Shown here: positions 20,651-29,734 of the stretch, one piece after another
How the letters are laid out: each line of letters begins with the position of its first letter
How positions within the stretch are numbered: the stretch's first letter is position 1
Origin: Candidatus Kuenenia sp.
Lineage (GTDB): Bacteria; Planctomycetota; Brocadiia; Brocadiales; Brocadiaceae
Assembly (NCBI RefSeq): GCF_039794105.1
Contig: NZ_JBDIWA010000009.1
Location: forward strand, 342-32,341
DNA: 32,000 bases
Direction of reading: 5' to 3'
Notes under the pieces: generated by a model
Databases searched by the model: none
The model's input: the letters and a program-made list of their open reading frames with translations, nothing else
What the model was told of the DNA's origin: nothing
Translations under genes and position numbers: made by a program

Positions 20651-23308
20651 TTAAGAAACCTTCTGCAGGATTTCTTTGCTGAACAACGTTTCGGCAAAAT
20701 CAAGCGCTTCGTCTAATTTACCAACCGCCTGTCCACCCGCTTGCGCCATCTCCGGTCTTCCGCCGCCTCCTCCGCCGACTATTTTTGCAACCTCTTTTGA
20801 GATATTCCCCGCATGCAAACCACGGGAAGCCAGGCCTGGGCTTAAAGAAATAATTACTATTACACGCCCATTCTGAACGCTTCCCAATGCTACTGCGGTT
20901 TCCTTTTCTGATTTCATCAGCATGTCCGCCGTTCTTCTCATATCATTCGCCGATGCATTATCTATTCTCTTTGTTATAATGTTAACGCCTGAAACTTCTT
21001 TTGCAGTCACGGAAAACGAATCAATTTTCTCCAGTAATTCTTTTTGCTTTTGTTTATGAAGTTCTTTGTGGAGTTTTTTTACTTCATTCAGGAGTTCCTG
21101 TGTTTTTGAAGAAAGATCTTCCTCGCACGCATTCAATATGCCGCACAATTCCTGAACAATCTCCTCCTTCTCCCTGTCCCTGGTTAATGCCGAAATGCCT
21201 GTGATCGCCTCTATACGACGTATTCCCGCAGCGACAGAGGATTCCCCGACGATTCTGAAGAGTCCTATTTCTCCGGTATTGTTTATGTGCGTACCGCCAC
21301 AAAGTTCCTTGCTAAAATCTCCGATGGAAACCATTCTGACCCGTTCCTCGTATTTTTCTCCAAAAAGGGCTACGGCTCCGGCATTTCTTGCTTCCTGAAG
21401 CGTTTGTTCTTTCACCGACACGGGCGCATTTTCCATTATTTTTTCGTTTACCAGATCCTCGATACGGTCAATTTCCTCCTTCGTCAAAGAGGAAAAGTGA
21501 TGAAAGTCAAAGCGTAGACGGTCCGGGGACACCATTGAGCCCGCCTGTTCTGCATGTCTGCCAATGACATTCCGCAATACCCAATGAAGCACGTGCGTCG
21601 CCGTATGATTTCTTTTTATTAAACCTCTCCTGTGCGTATCTATTCGCGCATCAATCATATCGCCCGTCCTCACTATGCCTTTTGTTATCTTTCCGATATG
21701 AATGATAAAGGAATCGTTCTTTTTTGTATCAGTTATACAAACATGAATCCCCTCCGATTCAAGGATTCCCGTGTCTCCAATTTGTCCGCCGGACTCACCA
21801 TAAAAGGGCGTCTGATCGAAAACTATCGATACCTCGCTTCCGGCTTCAGCCTTTTCAATAAGGTGGTCTCCCTGAACAATAGCAATGATCCTCGCACTGC
21901 ATGAATCCTTTTCGTACCCTAAGAATGTTGTGCCTTTTGATATCTCTTTAATCTTGCCCAAAAAACCGGCGTCAAATACCTGACCGGTCATAGAGGATGA
22001 CGACCTTGCCTGCATCCGCTGGCGTTTCAATTCCACTTCAACACCGGCGCTATCCATGGCAAAACCGTGTTCCCTGAGAATTAATTCGGTCATGTCCAAA
22101 GGGAAGCCATATGTATCATATAATTTAAAAGCCTCTTTTCCCGGAAGCTCTTTTATTTTATTCTTTTGCATTGTATCCATTAACTCTTTTAACCGTACCG
22201 TCCCCAGTTCCAGAGTTTCGAGGAATTTTTCTTCCTCGCTTTTTATGATCCTTGCGATATTCTCCCTGCGTTGTTTAATATCCGGATAATAATCCTGCAT
22301 AAGATCGCTGATAATTGGCACGAGCTTGTATAAAAAACATTCTTTTAAGCCAAGTTGCGCGCCATCACGGATAGCCCTTCTCAGTAAACGCCTTTCCACA
22401 TATCCCCGCCCTTCATTCCCTGGCAAAACGCCATCGGCAATGCAAAAAATACAGGCCTTTACATGGTCGGCTATCCGGCGCATACATACGGCGTTTTCTT
22501 TTTTATCATGATACCGCAGGTGTGTAATATCTTCTATCGATTTAATTACAGGGGCAAAAATATCTATATCGAAGTTTGTCGGCACTCCCTGCATAACACG
22601 CGCCATTCTCTCCAGTCCCATGCCTGTATCTACATTTTTGTTGGGCAATGGTTCCAGCCTGCCATCTTCTTTTCGGTCAAATTGCGTAAACACCAGATTC
22701 CAGATTTCGACAAAGCGGTCGCAATCGCAGGCAGGCTCACATTCTTCCCGGCCACAACCAACACCTGCTCCCTGGTCGTAAAATATTTCTGAGCAGGGGC
22801 CGCAAGGGCCGTTAGGGCCTTGTGCAGGGGCATTTGCAGGCCAAAAATTGTCATTTTCGCCGTAGGAATAGATTTTTGATTTGGAAATGCGGATATGTTT
22901 TTCCCATATTTCGTATGATTCGGGGTCATCTTTATACACACTGACAAAAAGTTTCTCTTCCGGTAATCTTAATTCCTGCACGAGGAACTCCCACGCCCAT
23001 GCAATGGTTTCTCTTTTAAAATAATCGCCAAAGGAAAAATTGCCCAGCATTTCAAAAAAAGTATGGTGCGAAGCCGTTCTGCCAACATTTTCCAAATCCC
23101 CCGTTCGAAGGCATTTTTGGCAAGTTGTCGCCCTTTTTATATTTAATCGTCCCTTACCAAGGAACATATCTTTGAACTGATTCATCCCTGCACCCGTAAA
23201 AAGAAGCGTAGCGTCTCCCTGCGGGACAAGCGAATCTCCTGGCCAGATTACATGGGATTTCTTTTCGAAGAATGTTAAAAATTTATTGCGAATTTCACCG
23301 GTATTCAT
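20651..23308 (-). CDS. alaS: Alanine--tRNA ligase
   Basis: 885 aa: class II catalytic core (FTGAGMNQFK), editing domain (HTATHVLH, CGGTH) and C-terminal DHHA1 domain with GGGGGGRPEMAQAGG. Confidence 0.97.
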   Translation of the reverse strand: MNTGEIRNKFLTFFEKKSHVIWPGDSLVPQGDATLLFTGAGMNQFKDMFLGKGRLNIKRATTCQKCLRTGDLENVGRTASHHTFFEMLGNFSFGDYFKRETIAWAWEFLVQELRLPEEKLFVSVYKDDPESYEIWEKHIRISKSKIYSYGENDNFWPANAPAQGPNGPCGPCSEIFYDQGAGVGCGREECEPACDCDRFVEIWNLVFTQFDRKEDGRLEPLPNKNVDTGMGLERMARVMQGVPTNFDIDIFAPVIKSIEDITHLRYHDKKENAVCMRRIADHVKACIFCIADGVLPGNEGRGYVERRLLRRAIRDGAQLGLKECFLYKLVPIISDLMQDYYPDIKQRRENIARIIKSEEEKFLETLELGTVRLKELMDTMQKNKIKELPGKEAFKLYDTYGFPLDMTELILREHGFAMDSAGVEVELKRQRMQARSSSSMTGQVFDAGFLGKIKEISKGTTFLGYEKDSCSARIIAIVQGDHLIEKAEAGSEVSIVFDQTPFYGESGGQIGDTGILESEGIHVCITDTKKNDSFIIHIGKITKGIVRTGDMIDARIDTHRRGLIKRNHTATHVLHWVLRNVIGRHAEQAGSMVSPDRLRFDFHHFSSLTKEEIDRIEDLVNEKIMENAPVSVKEQTLQEARNAGAVALFGEKYEERVRMVSIGDFSKELCGGTHINNTGEIGLFRIVGESSVAAGIRRIEAITGISALTRDREKEEIVQELCGILNACEEDLSSKTQELLNEVKKLHKELHKQKQKELLEKIDSFSVTAKEVSGVNIITKRIDNASANDMRRTADMLMKSEKETAVALGSVQNGRVIVIISLSPGLASRGLHAGNISKEVAKIVGGGGGGRPEMAQAGGQAVGKLDEALDFAETLFSKEILQKVS

Positions 23309-23311
23309 ACG

Positions 23312-24406
23312 TTAATTACTTTTCGCTCTCTTCGAAGGTGTGCTTTTTTCCGTACTTTCAGGGGGTTTTTCGGGAGGCTTTTGAGACGCCGCAGAAGGCA
23401 GTACTATTTTCAGGATTGATTGTTCAATTTCTTTCATCATTTCAGGATGTTCCGTGAGAAATTGCCTGGAATTCTCCCTGCCCTGCCCCAGCCGGGTTTC
23501 TCTATATGAATACCACGTCCCCGATTTTTCAATAATATTATGTTCAGCGCCAAGGTCAAGGACGTCTCCTGCCCGCGATATGCCTGTATTGTAAAGGATG
23601 TCAAATTCCGCTCTTTTAAAAGGCGCTGCAACCTTATTTTTTGCAATAGTGGCGCGAACTCTGCTTCCGATTATTGCATCGCCGTCTTTTATACTTCCAA
23701 TCCGCCGAATATCAACACGCACCGACGCATAAAATTTTAATGCCCTGCCTCCAGGCGTGGTTTCCGGATTTCCTCCATACATAACGCCAATCTTTTCACG
23801 AATCTGATTGATAAAAATTACGCTTGTTCTTGATTTTGAAATGCACGCGGTAAGCTTGCGTAATGCCTGCGACATCAGCCTTGCCTGTAATCCTATATGT
23901 GTATCTCCCATTTCTCCTTCAATTTCAGCACGTGGCACAAGGGCCGCTACCGAGTCAACCACTATTACGTCAACAGCATTGCTCCTTACGAGCAGTTCTG
24001 CTATCTCCAGCGCTTGTTCTCCGGTGTCTGGCTGATTGACCATTAAATCATTCAAATTTACACCCAATCTTTTTGCATATTCGGAGTCCAGCGCATGTTC
24101 AGCATCGATAAATGCAGCTACCCCGCCCCCCCTCTGCGCATTTGCGATAATTTGAAGCGTTAGGGTGGTTTTGCCCGAAGATTCCTGCCCGAATATTTCA
24201 ATGACTCTTCCGCGCGGAATTCCCCCCACGCCAAGCGCAACATCTAATGATAACGCACCGGTAGAAATTACGGGAACATCCAGTTTCGTATCGCCCCCTA
24301 ATTTCATTATCGTCCCTTTTCCAAACTGTTTATCGATGTGCGAAATTGCTCTCTCCAATGCTTGTTGCCGTTTTTCCTTATCAGGTATTTCTGTATTAGT
24401 AGTCAT
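23312..24406 (-). CDS. recA: Recombinase RecA
   Basis: [10 protein letters not shown] Walker [44 protein letters not shown]. The C-terminal tail is Pro/Lys/Ser-rich. No recX lies between recA and alaS. Confidence 0.98.
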   Translation of the reverse strand: MTTNTEIPDKEKRQQALERAISHIDKQFGKGTIMKLGGDTKLDVPVISTGALSLDVALGVGGIPRGRVIEIFGQESSGKTTLTLQIIANAQRGGGVAAFIDAEHALDSEYAKRLGVNLNDLMVNQPDTGEQALEIAELLVRSNAVDVIVVDSVAALVPRAEIEGEMGDTHIGLQARLMSQALRKLTACISKSRTSVIFINQIREKIGVMYGGNPETTPGGRALKFYASVRVDIRRIGSIKDGDAIIGSRVRATIAKNKVAAPFKRAEFDILYNTGISRAGDVLDLGAEHNIIEKSGTWYSYRETRLGQGRENSRQFLTEHPEMMKEIEQSILKIVLPSAASQKPPEKPPESTEKSTPSKRAKSN

Positions 24407-24501
24407 ATTTGTAAGAGAAAGATAAAGTTATCGTTTATAAAAATAATATGATTTGCATGAGATAAATAAGAAATCTTTTTTTGATAGTAATATTATAAAA
24501 G

Positions 24502-25065
24502 TTACACAAAACGAATATTACTTACCCTTGTGTATATCGGCCCCTCCCGAGTGAGATCACTCTTCATTAACACCAGGTGATCAATGTTTTCTTGCCCAAA
24601 GGTAAATTCTCTGTATGAATGTACACACTCCACAAGTTTCTTTATATTTTTATGTGTTTTAACCCGCCCGACAGTAATATGCGCCTCAAATGTATGTTCA
24701 TCGTATGGTACTCCAAGCGCGGTTAAGTGCCTGTTTAATCTTTCATAAATAGAAGCCAGGGCGCCACTTGAATCCACAGCTCCGGCGAAGATTACACGCG
24801 GATATTTACCAGCGGGAAAAGTACCGGCGCCGCTATAGCAAATATCAAACGGTTTTATCTCAATGACAGATTGATGAATAACGTCAACAATCCCGTCAAT
24901 CTTCTCTTCATCAGTATTGCCAATAAATTTTATTGTAATATGAAGATTTTGAGGCGCCACCCATTTTACATCAGCAGAAGCCTTTTTAAGGTCGTTTTGA
25001 AAATGTAATACTTTTTCCCGGACCGCATCTGTAATCTCAATCGCAATGAAAAGCCTTACGCCCAT
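24502..25065 (-). CDS. thpR: RNA 2',3'-cyclic phosphodiesterase (2H phosphoesterase, LigT/ThpR)
   Basis: RLFIAIE start. Two HxT motifs (HITIKF and HITVGR) at the spacing typical of ThpR, 187 aa. Confidence 0.85.
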   Translation of the reverse strand: MGVRLFIAIEITDAVREKVLHFQNDLKKASADVKWVAPQNLHITIKFIGNTDEEKIDGIVDVIHQSVIEIKPFDICYSGAGTFPAGKYPRVIFAGAVDSSGALASIYERLNRHLTALGVPYDEHTFEAHITVGRVKTHKNIKKLVECVHSYREFTFGQENIDHLVLMKSDLTREGPIYTRVSNIRFV

Positions 25066-25148
25066 TCAAAATTGCCCTGAAAAAGAATAACGCCCCCCCC
25101 CAACATGTACAAAATAAAATTGAACCAAACAAACATGAAATAAAAAAT

Positions 25149-25200
25149 GCGAAATTCGAAGCACGAAATACGAAACAAATCCTAATGACAAAATGATTTG
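25149..25200. repeat. Inverted copy of the repeat at 15386-15437 (48 of 52 positions identical)
   Basis: The reverse complement of 25149-25200 (CAAATCATTTTGTCATTAGGATTTGTTTCGTATTTCGTGCTTCGAATTTCGC) aligns without gaps to 15386-15437 with 4 mismatches, counted by hand. Confidence 0.8.
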
Positions 25201-25241
25201 AAATGCTAAACAAGCGCAGCTTTCGTACTTTGATTACCGTA

Positions 25242-25270
25242 GTAGAGACAGGTTTTAAACCTGTCTCTAC
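25242..25270. repeat. Perfect 11-bp-stem hairpin GTAGAGACAGG-TTTTAAA-CCTGTCTCTAC, 11 nt beyond the gltX stop
   Basis: Read directly. There is no U-tract on the gltX (minus) strand, so it is called a repeat/hairpin rather than a terminator. Confidence 0.85.
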
Positions 25271-25280
25271 AGTATGTTTG

Positions 25281-26639
25281 TTACAACCCAACGACATTCG
25301 TGATACCGTCCAGGTTTTTAATGGTGTTTTCAAGCCTTTTAAGTGTGGTTTCTTTTCCAAGGAGTTCCATTGTTTCAAAGATACCAGCGCTGGCGCTTCT
25401 GCCTGTTATTGCAACTCTTATAGGTTGGGCGATTTTGGAAAAACCAATACCCGCTTTTGCGGTTAAATCTCTTAAACACCCTTCCAACCCTTGTCTGTCA
25501 AAACTGTTCAGGGGAGAAATCGCTGAATAAACCTCCTTTAATATTTCAGGAATTCCTTCTCTTTTAAGGAATTTATCTGTTGCTGCCGGATCATATTCAA
25601 CGGAATCCGTAAAGAAAAACCTCGTTTGATCAACCAATTCCTGGAGATTTTTAAACCGTTCATGGTACAATTCTATCAATCTGGACAGCCAATCTATTGA
25701 GATTCTCGTGGTATCGATATCCGATTTTTCAAAAAACAACCTGGCAGCAGCGGTAAGTTCTTCAATGGAGGTGTTTTTGATATACTGGCCACTCATCCAA
25801 TCTAATTTAGTATTGTCGAATTGCGCACTGGTTTTGTTCACGCGCTTTAAGGAAAATTTTTCAATCATTTCCTTCATCGATAGTATTTCCTGGTCGTTTC
25901 CCGGAGACCACCCCAGCAAAGCAAGGAAGTTCACAAGCGCCTGAGGCAAATACCCTTTGTCCCTGTATTCAGTGACAGACGTTGCCCCGTGGCGTTTGCT
26001 CAACCGGGAACCGTCTTCCCCTAAAATCATTGGAATGTGTGCATATTCCGGCAACCGTAATCCCATGGCGTTATACAGTGCTATTTGTTTTGGTGTATTT
26101 GAGATATGATCATCACCGCGAATCACATGGGTAATTTTCATATCAGCATCATCCACTACGCAAGCGAAGTTATAGCTGGGAAAACCGTCTGCCTTAAGAA
26201 TGACAAAGTCTTCAATAACAGCCGCATCAAATGTTATTGCGCCGTGAACAAGGTCGTTGAGTACGATAACATTATCTTGCATCTTAAACCGTATTGCAGT
26301 GCGCCCTTCCGCATCGGTGTCATAATATGCATTTCCCTGCGCTACCAGTTGTTCGGCATATCGTTTATATATCGGCAATCGTTGGCTTTGAAAGTATGGC
26401 CCTTCATCCCAATCCAAACCAAGCCATTTCATACTCTCTAAAATAGCTTGCGTTGCTTCTTTCGTAGAACGTTGCTGGTCGGTATCTTCAATCCGCAGGA
26501 GAAAAATACCGTTATTATGTCTTGCAAATAACCAGTTAAAAAGCGCCGTCCTTGCGCCGCCGATATGTAAATAACCGGTCGGACTGGGTGCAAACCGGAC
26601 TCTTACTCCTCCTGATATTACATCATCATTTTTATACAT
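25281..26639 (-). CDS. gltX: Glutamate--tRNA ligase
   Basis: VRVRFAPSPTGYLHIGGARTAL (HIGH) and LSKRHG (KMSKS-like). Start re-set to the internal Met (MYKNDDVISGG...) at 26639. The 49 codons upstream in the ORF track run through a dispersed repeat and read as junk (ICVICGFPFVICECLV). Confidence 0.9.
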   Translation of the reverse strand: MYKNDDVISGGVRVRFAPSPTGYLHIGGARTALFNWLFARHNNGIFLLRIEDTDQQRSTKEATQAILESMKWLGLDWDEGPYFQSQRLPIYKRYAEQLVAQGNAYYDTDAEGRTAIRFKMQDNVIVLNDLVHGAITFDAAVIEDFVILKADGFPSYNFACVVDDADMKITHVIRGDDHISNTPKQIALYNAMGLRLPEYAHIPMILGEDGSRLSKRHGATSVTEYRDKGYLPQALVNFLALLGWSPGNDQEILSMKEMIEKFSLKRVNKTSAQFDNTKLDWMSGQYIKNTSIEELTAAARLFFEKSDIDTTRISIDWLSRLIELYHERFKNLQELVDQTRFFFTDSVEYDPAATDKFLKREGIPEILKEVYSAISPLNSFDRQGLEGCLRDLTAKAGIGFSKIAQPIRVAITGRSASAGIFETMELLGKETTLKRLENTIKNLDGITNVVGL

Positions 26640-26675
26640 GGAATCTAGAACCAAGCACTCACAAATTACAAAAGG

Positions 26676-26783
26676 GAAACCACATATTACACAGATTAAA
26701 AAATTCGCCACAAGCTTACAAATGACTAATTTGTTTCGGATTTCACCATTAAATATTTTGCCAAAAAATGCAAAGAAATCAGC
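26676..26783. repeat. Long copy of the dispersed mosaic repeat, in the gltX 5' region
   Basis: It shares GAAACCACA...GAAATCAGC termini with 8183-8240. It shares AATTTGTTTCG-ATTTCA and TATTTTG-CAAAAA-TGCAAAGAAAT modules with 15401-15468. Confidence 0.5.
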
Positions 26784-27107
26784 CATAAGGTACTATGATA
26801 TAATTACGCCTGGGTAAGAAAAAGCTGGCTTTAGGGCAGGGTTGTTGTAATGTTACTACGTTAAACTGCTGCCGGTTTCCATTCTTTACGCTCCGTCAGT
26901 ATCTGGCAGTGAATATCTCAGGTGAAATACATAATTGAAAATATGATAACGAATTATGAATAATAGTGTCAAGCGTTTTATTAACCGGCAAAATGAGGCG
27001 GTAAAGATTACCGCAATTATTTCTGGTTGAATATGATATGTTATTTTATATTTACTTTTTTAGAAATTGTGATACCCTTAAAAATGTAAATTTTGGGAGG
27101 TTTTAGT

Positions 27108-28193
27108 GTGGAAAATTACATTTTAAGCCAGGCATTAGATTACACAAGCCGGGGGATAATGATCCAGGATGCACATCGCCGGGTTGTTTTTTTTAATCAT
27201 GCCTGCGAAAAAATTACGAAAAGAACCAAAGATGAAGTTGTCGGAAAGGATTGTGGTGATATTTTTAAGTGCCATACTTCAACGGGGTTATGTATAACGG
27301 ACAAGTGTTGTCCCGGTACAGAAATCCTGAATGGCCGTCTTTCTCAGGGTTCGCGGGAACTTTTGATTAACAGGGGCGATGACAGCGAATCATGGATAAG
27401 GGTAAATGTTTCCCCTATTAAGGATAAAGAAGGAAGGGTTACCCACATCATTTCTGTCATAGAAGATGTTAGCGAAGCAAAAAGATTTTCTGACGAAGTA
27501 CTCAAATCAAAAACACTATCTTCCCTTGGAACGCTCGCCTCTGAATTGGCGCATGAAATAAAAAATCCCCTCAATGCCATGAATCTTCAATTGTTATTGC
27601 TAAAACACGAAATCAATGATAGTTACGACAACGGCAATTCCCCAAAAAATGAATTGTTGAAAATTGTGACAATTGTTCAAAATGAAATTAACCGTCTCGG
27701 CAGTTTTGTGGAGGAATGTCTGCAGTTTGCAAAAACAGGCAAGCTAAGCAGAAGCTATGCAAACATTCGTGAAATGCTAACGGATATCATTGCCTTACTT
27801 ACTCCCCAGGCGCAACTCAATGGCATTCAATTGAAATTAGACGTAATGGAAAATATTCCCGCCCCGTATATTGACAAAGACAAGATAAAACAGGCAATAT
27901 TGAACATTCTTATCAACAGTATTGAAGCAATGCCTGACGGCGGGGAATTACATGTAAGCGCCAGCGGTGTAAAAGACGAAATTGTTATTGCCTGTCAGGA
28001 TACGGGACCAGGCATACCGGAAGAATTCAGGGAAAAGATATTTGATTTATTCTATACTACCAAGGATGGCGGCACCGGGATAGGCCTTTCTTCCGCGCAA
28101 AATATCATACAGAATCATGGCGGAATGATACGGCTGGCGACATCTGACGTTGGCAGTACATTTCTTATTACTATTCCTGTTAATCAGGATTAA
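27108..28193 (+). CDS. Soluble PAS-domain sensor histidine kinase (NtrB-like) with a Cys-rich PAS core
   Basis: No TM segments. PAS region with CGDIFKCHTSTGLCITDKCCPG. H-box ELAHEIKNPLNAM, N-box ILNILINSIEAM, G1 QDTGPGI, F/G2 FDLFYTTK..GTGIGLS. GTG at 27108 is preferred as the start (GGGAGG SD 7 nt upstream) over the TTG at 27093, which lies inside the SD. Confidence 0.85.
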   Translation: MENYILSQALDYTSRGIMIQDAHRRVVFFNHACEKITKRTKDEVVGKDCGDIFKCHTSTGLCITDKCCPGTEILNGRLSQGSRELLINRGDDSESWIRVNVSPIKDKEGRVTHIISVIEDVSEAKRFSDEVLKSKTLSSLGTLASELAHEIKNPLNAMNLQLLLLKHEINDSYDNGNSPKNELLKIVTIVQNEINRLGSFVEECLQFAKTGKLSRSYANIREMLTDIIALLTPQAQLNGIQLKLDVMENIPAPYIDKDKIKQAILNILINSIEAMPDGGELHVSASGVKDEIVIACQDTGPGIPEEFREKIFDLFYTTKDGGTGIGLSSAQNIIQNHGGMIRLATSDVGSTFLITIPVNQD

Positions 28194-28211
28194 AAAAGGG
28201 TTCATTACCTC

Positions 28212-29558
28212 ATGACAAAACCAAAGCTGTTAGTGGTTGAAGACGATAAAAATACCCTCGACGGATTGATACAGATTTTGAGAAGGGGCGGATATACCGC
28301 TTCCGGGGTCTCTTCCGGCTATGACGCCTTAAATCAACTCTCAAGGGAAAGCTTTGATATTGTTATAACAGACATGAAGCTTCCCGGTATGGGAGGGCTG
28401 TCATTGCTCCAGGAAATAAAGAAAAAAAACTCATCTATTGCCATTGTCGTTGTAACGGCGTACAGTTCTATCAAATCGGCGGTAAATGCGGTGAAACACG
28501 GAGCTGATGAATATTTAGCAAAGCCGGTAGACGTGGAAGAACTTGAATTGGTTTTGGAAAAACTTTGGGAGAAACAACAACTCGTAATCCAAAACCGGCT
28601 GTTAAAGGAAGAGCTGAAAGATAAGTATACATTTTCCGAGCTGGTGGGCGGCTCTCCGCAAATGCATCGGATTTTTAAACTGATTGAAGACGTTGCCCCC
28701 AGTACGGCCTCTGTTCTTATTATGGGAGAGACGGGAACGGGAAAGGAACTTGTAGCGCACGCCATACATTACAGGAGCGAAAGGGCCGGAAAACCATTCG
28801 TGGCATTGCATTGCGCCGCGCTATCTGAAGGAATTCTCGAGAGTGAATTATTCGGACACGAAAAGGGCGCCTTTACGGGGGCGATACAATCACGAAAGGG
28901 GCGGTTTGAACTGGCAGACGGCGGAACCCTTTTTCTGGATGAATTGGCAGAGATGAGCCTGAAAGTTCAGGTCAAATTGTTGCGCGTCCTGGAAAAAGGA
29001 GAGTTTGAACGTGTCGGCGGGGAAAAGACCATAAAAGTGGATGTGAGGTGTATTGCTGCAACAAACCGGAATCTTGAAGAGGAAGTCTCAGAGGGGAGAT
29101 TCCGGGAGGATTTATTTTACCGCCTCAACGTTATCTGCATCCAAATGCCCCCTTTGAGAGAAAGAAAAGACGATATTCCCATTCTCTCAAATTATTTTGC
29201 CGTTAAATATGCGAAGAAATACAAGAAAGAGATAAAAGGTTTCGACCCGGAGGCCATAAAAACGCTCTGTTCCCACCATTGGCAGGGCAATATCAGGGAA
29301 CTGCAAAATACCATAGAACGGGCTGTTGTATTGTGTAAAAGCGATACCATTTCCGTTGATCATTTGCCGGAGAGCATTATGCCGGACAATGAATATATCC
29401 CGGTAATTAAAATACCCATAGGCACTACCCTGAAAGAAGCCGAAAAAGAGATCATCCAAAGAACCCTCCAAATAACCAATGGCAGCAAACAATCCGCTGC
29501 AAAAATATTGGGCATATCTACACGAAAAATCGAATACAAAACCAAAGAATGGTGCTGA
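28212..29558 (+). CDS. Sigma-54-dependent response regulator (NtrC family: REC, AAA+, Fis-type HTH)
   Basis: Receiver DIVITDMKLPGMGG. Walker A GETGTGKE, GAFTGA loop (EKGAFTGA), Walker B LFLDE. C-terminal HTH QSAAKILGISTRKIEYK. Confidence 0.95.
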   Translation: MTKPKLLVVEDDKNTLDGLIQILRRGGYTASGVSSGYDALNQLSRESFDIVITDMKLPGMGGLSLLQEIKKKNSSIAIVVVTAYSSIKSAVNAVKHGADEYLAKPVDVEELELVLEKLWEKQQLVIQNRLLKEELKDKYTFSELVGGSPQMHRIFKLIEDVAPSTASVLIMGETGTGKELVAHAIHYRSERAGKPFVALHCAALSEGILESELFGHEKGAFTGAIQSRKGRFELADGGTLFLDELAEMSLKVQVKLLRVLEKGEFERVGGEKTIKVDVRCIAATNRNLEEEVSEGRFREDLFYRLNVICIQMPPLRERKDDIPILSNYFAVKYAKKYKKEIKGFDPEAIKTLCSHHWQGNIRELQNTIERAVVLCKSDTISVDHLPESIMPDNEYIPVIKIPIGTTLKEAEKEIIQRTLQITNGSKQSAAKILGISTRKIEYKTKEWC

Positions 29559-29559
29559 A

Positions 29560-29576
29560 TGCGAAAAAAATTCGCA
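29560..29576. promoter_or_regulatory. Candidate enhancer (UAS) site 1: perfect 17-bp palindrome TGCGAA-AAAAA-TTCGCA
   Basis: Read directly. It starts 2 nt after the regulator's stop codon, about 170 bp upstream of the -24 element. It has the TGC-N11-GCA geometry of NtrC-type sites. Confidence 0.45.
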
Positions 29577-29600
29577 CGTTTTGCCGGCATATAGTCAATA

Positions 29601-29617
29601 TGCGAAAATTTTTCGGA
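29601..29617. promoter_or_regulatory. Candidate enhancer (UAS) site 2: TGCGAA-AATTT-TTCGGA (one mismatch from palindrome)
   Basis: Same half-site as site 1. The centres are 41 bp apart (about four helical turns). Lies about 127 bp upstream of the -24 element. Confidence 0.4.
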
Positions 29618-29734
29618 AAAATCTGCTAACAACCCCTCTCAAATACTTATCCATCCTGTAACAAAAATATCACCATTGTTATAACTCTCATCATATCAGA
29701 TATTTATTTCAAAATAACAGACAGGCATTTTTTC

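Noticed and set aside
22316-22330. TGGCACGAGCTTGTA resembling a sigma-54 -24 box
   Set aside because: The -12 position reads TA instead of GC, and it lies inside alaS coding sequence on the non-coding strand.
25242-25270. Hairpin after gltX read as a rho-independent terminator
   Set aside because: On the gltX strand the stem is followed by TACGGTAATCAAAG, which is not a U-tract. It is kept as a repeat/hairpin only.
27028-27060. Possible sigma-70 promoter (TTGAAT ... TATATT/TATTTA) upstream of the kinase gene
   Set aside because: Spacing to the best -10 hexamer is 14 nt, and the alternatives match 3/6 or less. In AT-rich DNA this is not distinguishable from chance.
29651-29700. IHF-like site between the palindromes and the sigma-54 promoter
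   Set aside because: TATCACCATTGTTA only loosely resembles WATCAA-N4-TTR (the core and the TTR spacing both mismatch), so it is not supportable.
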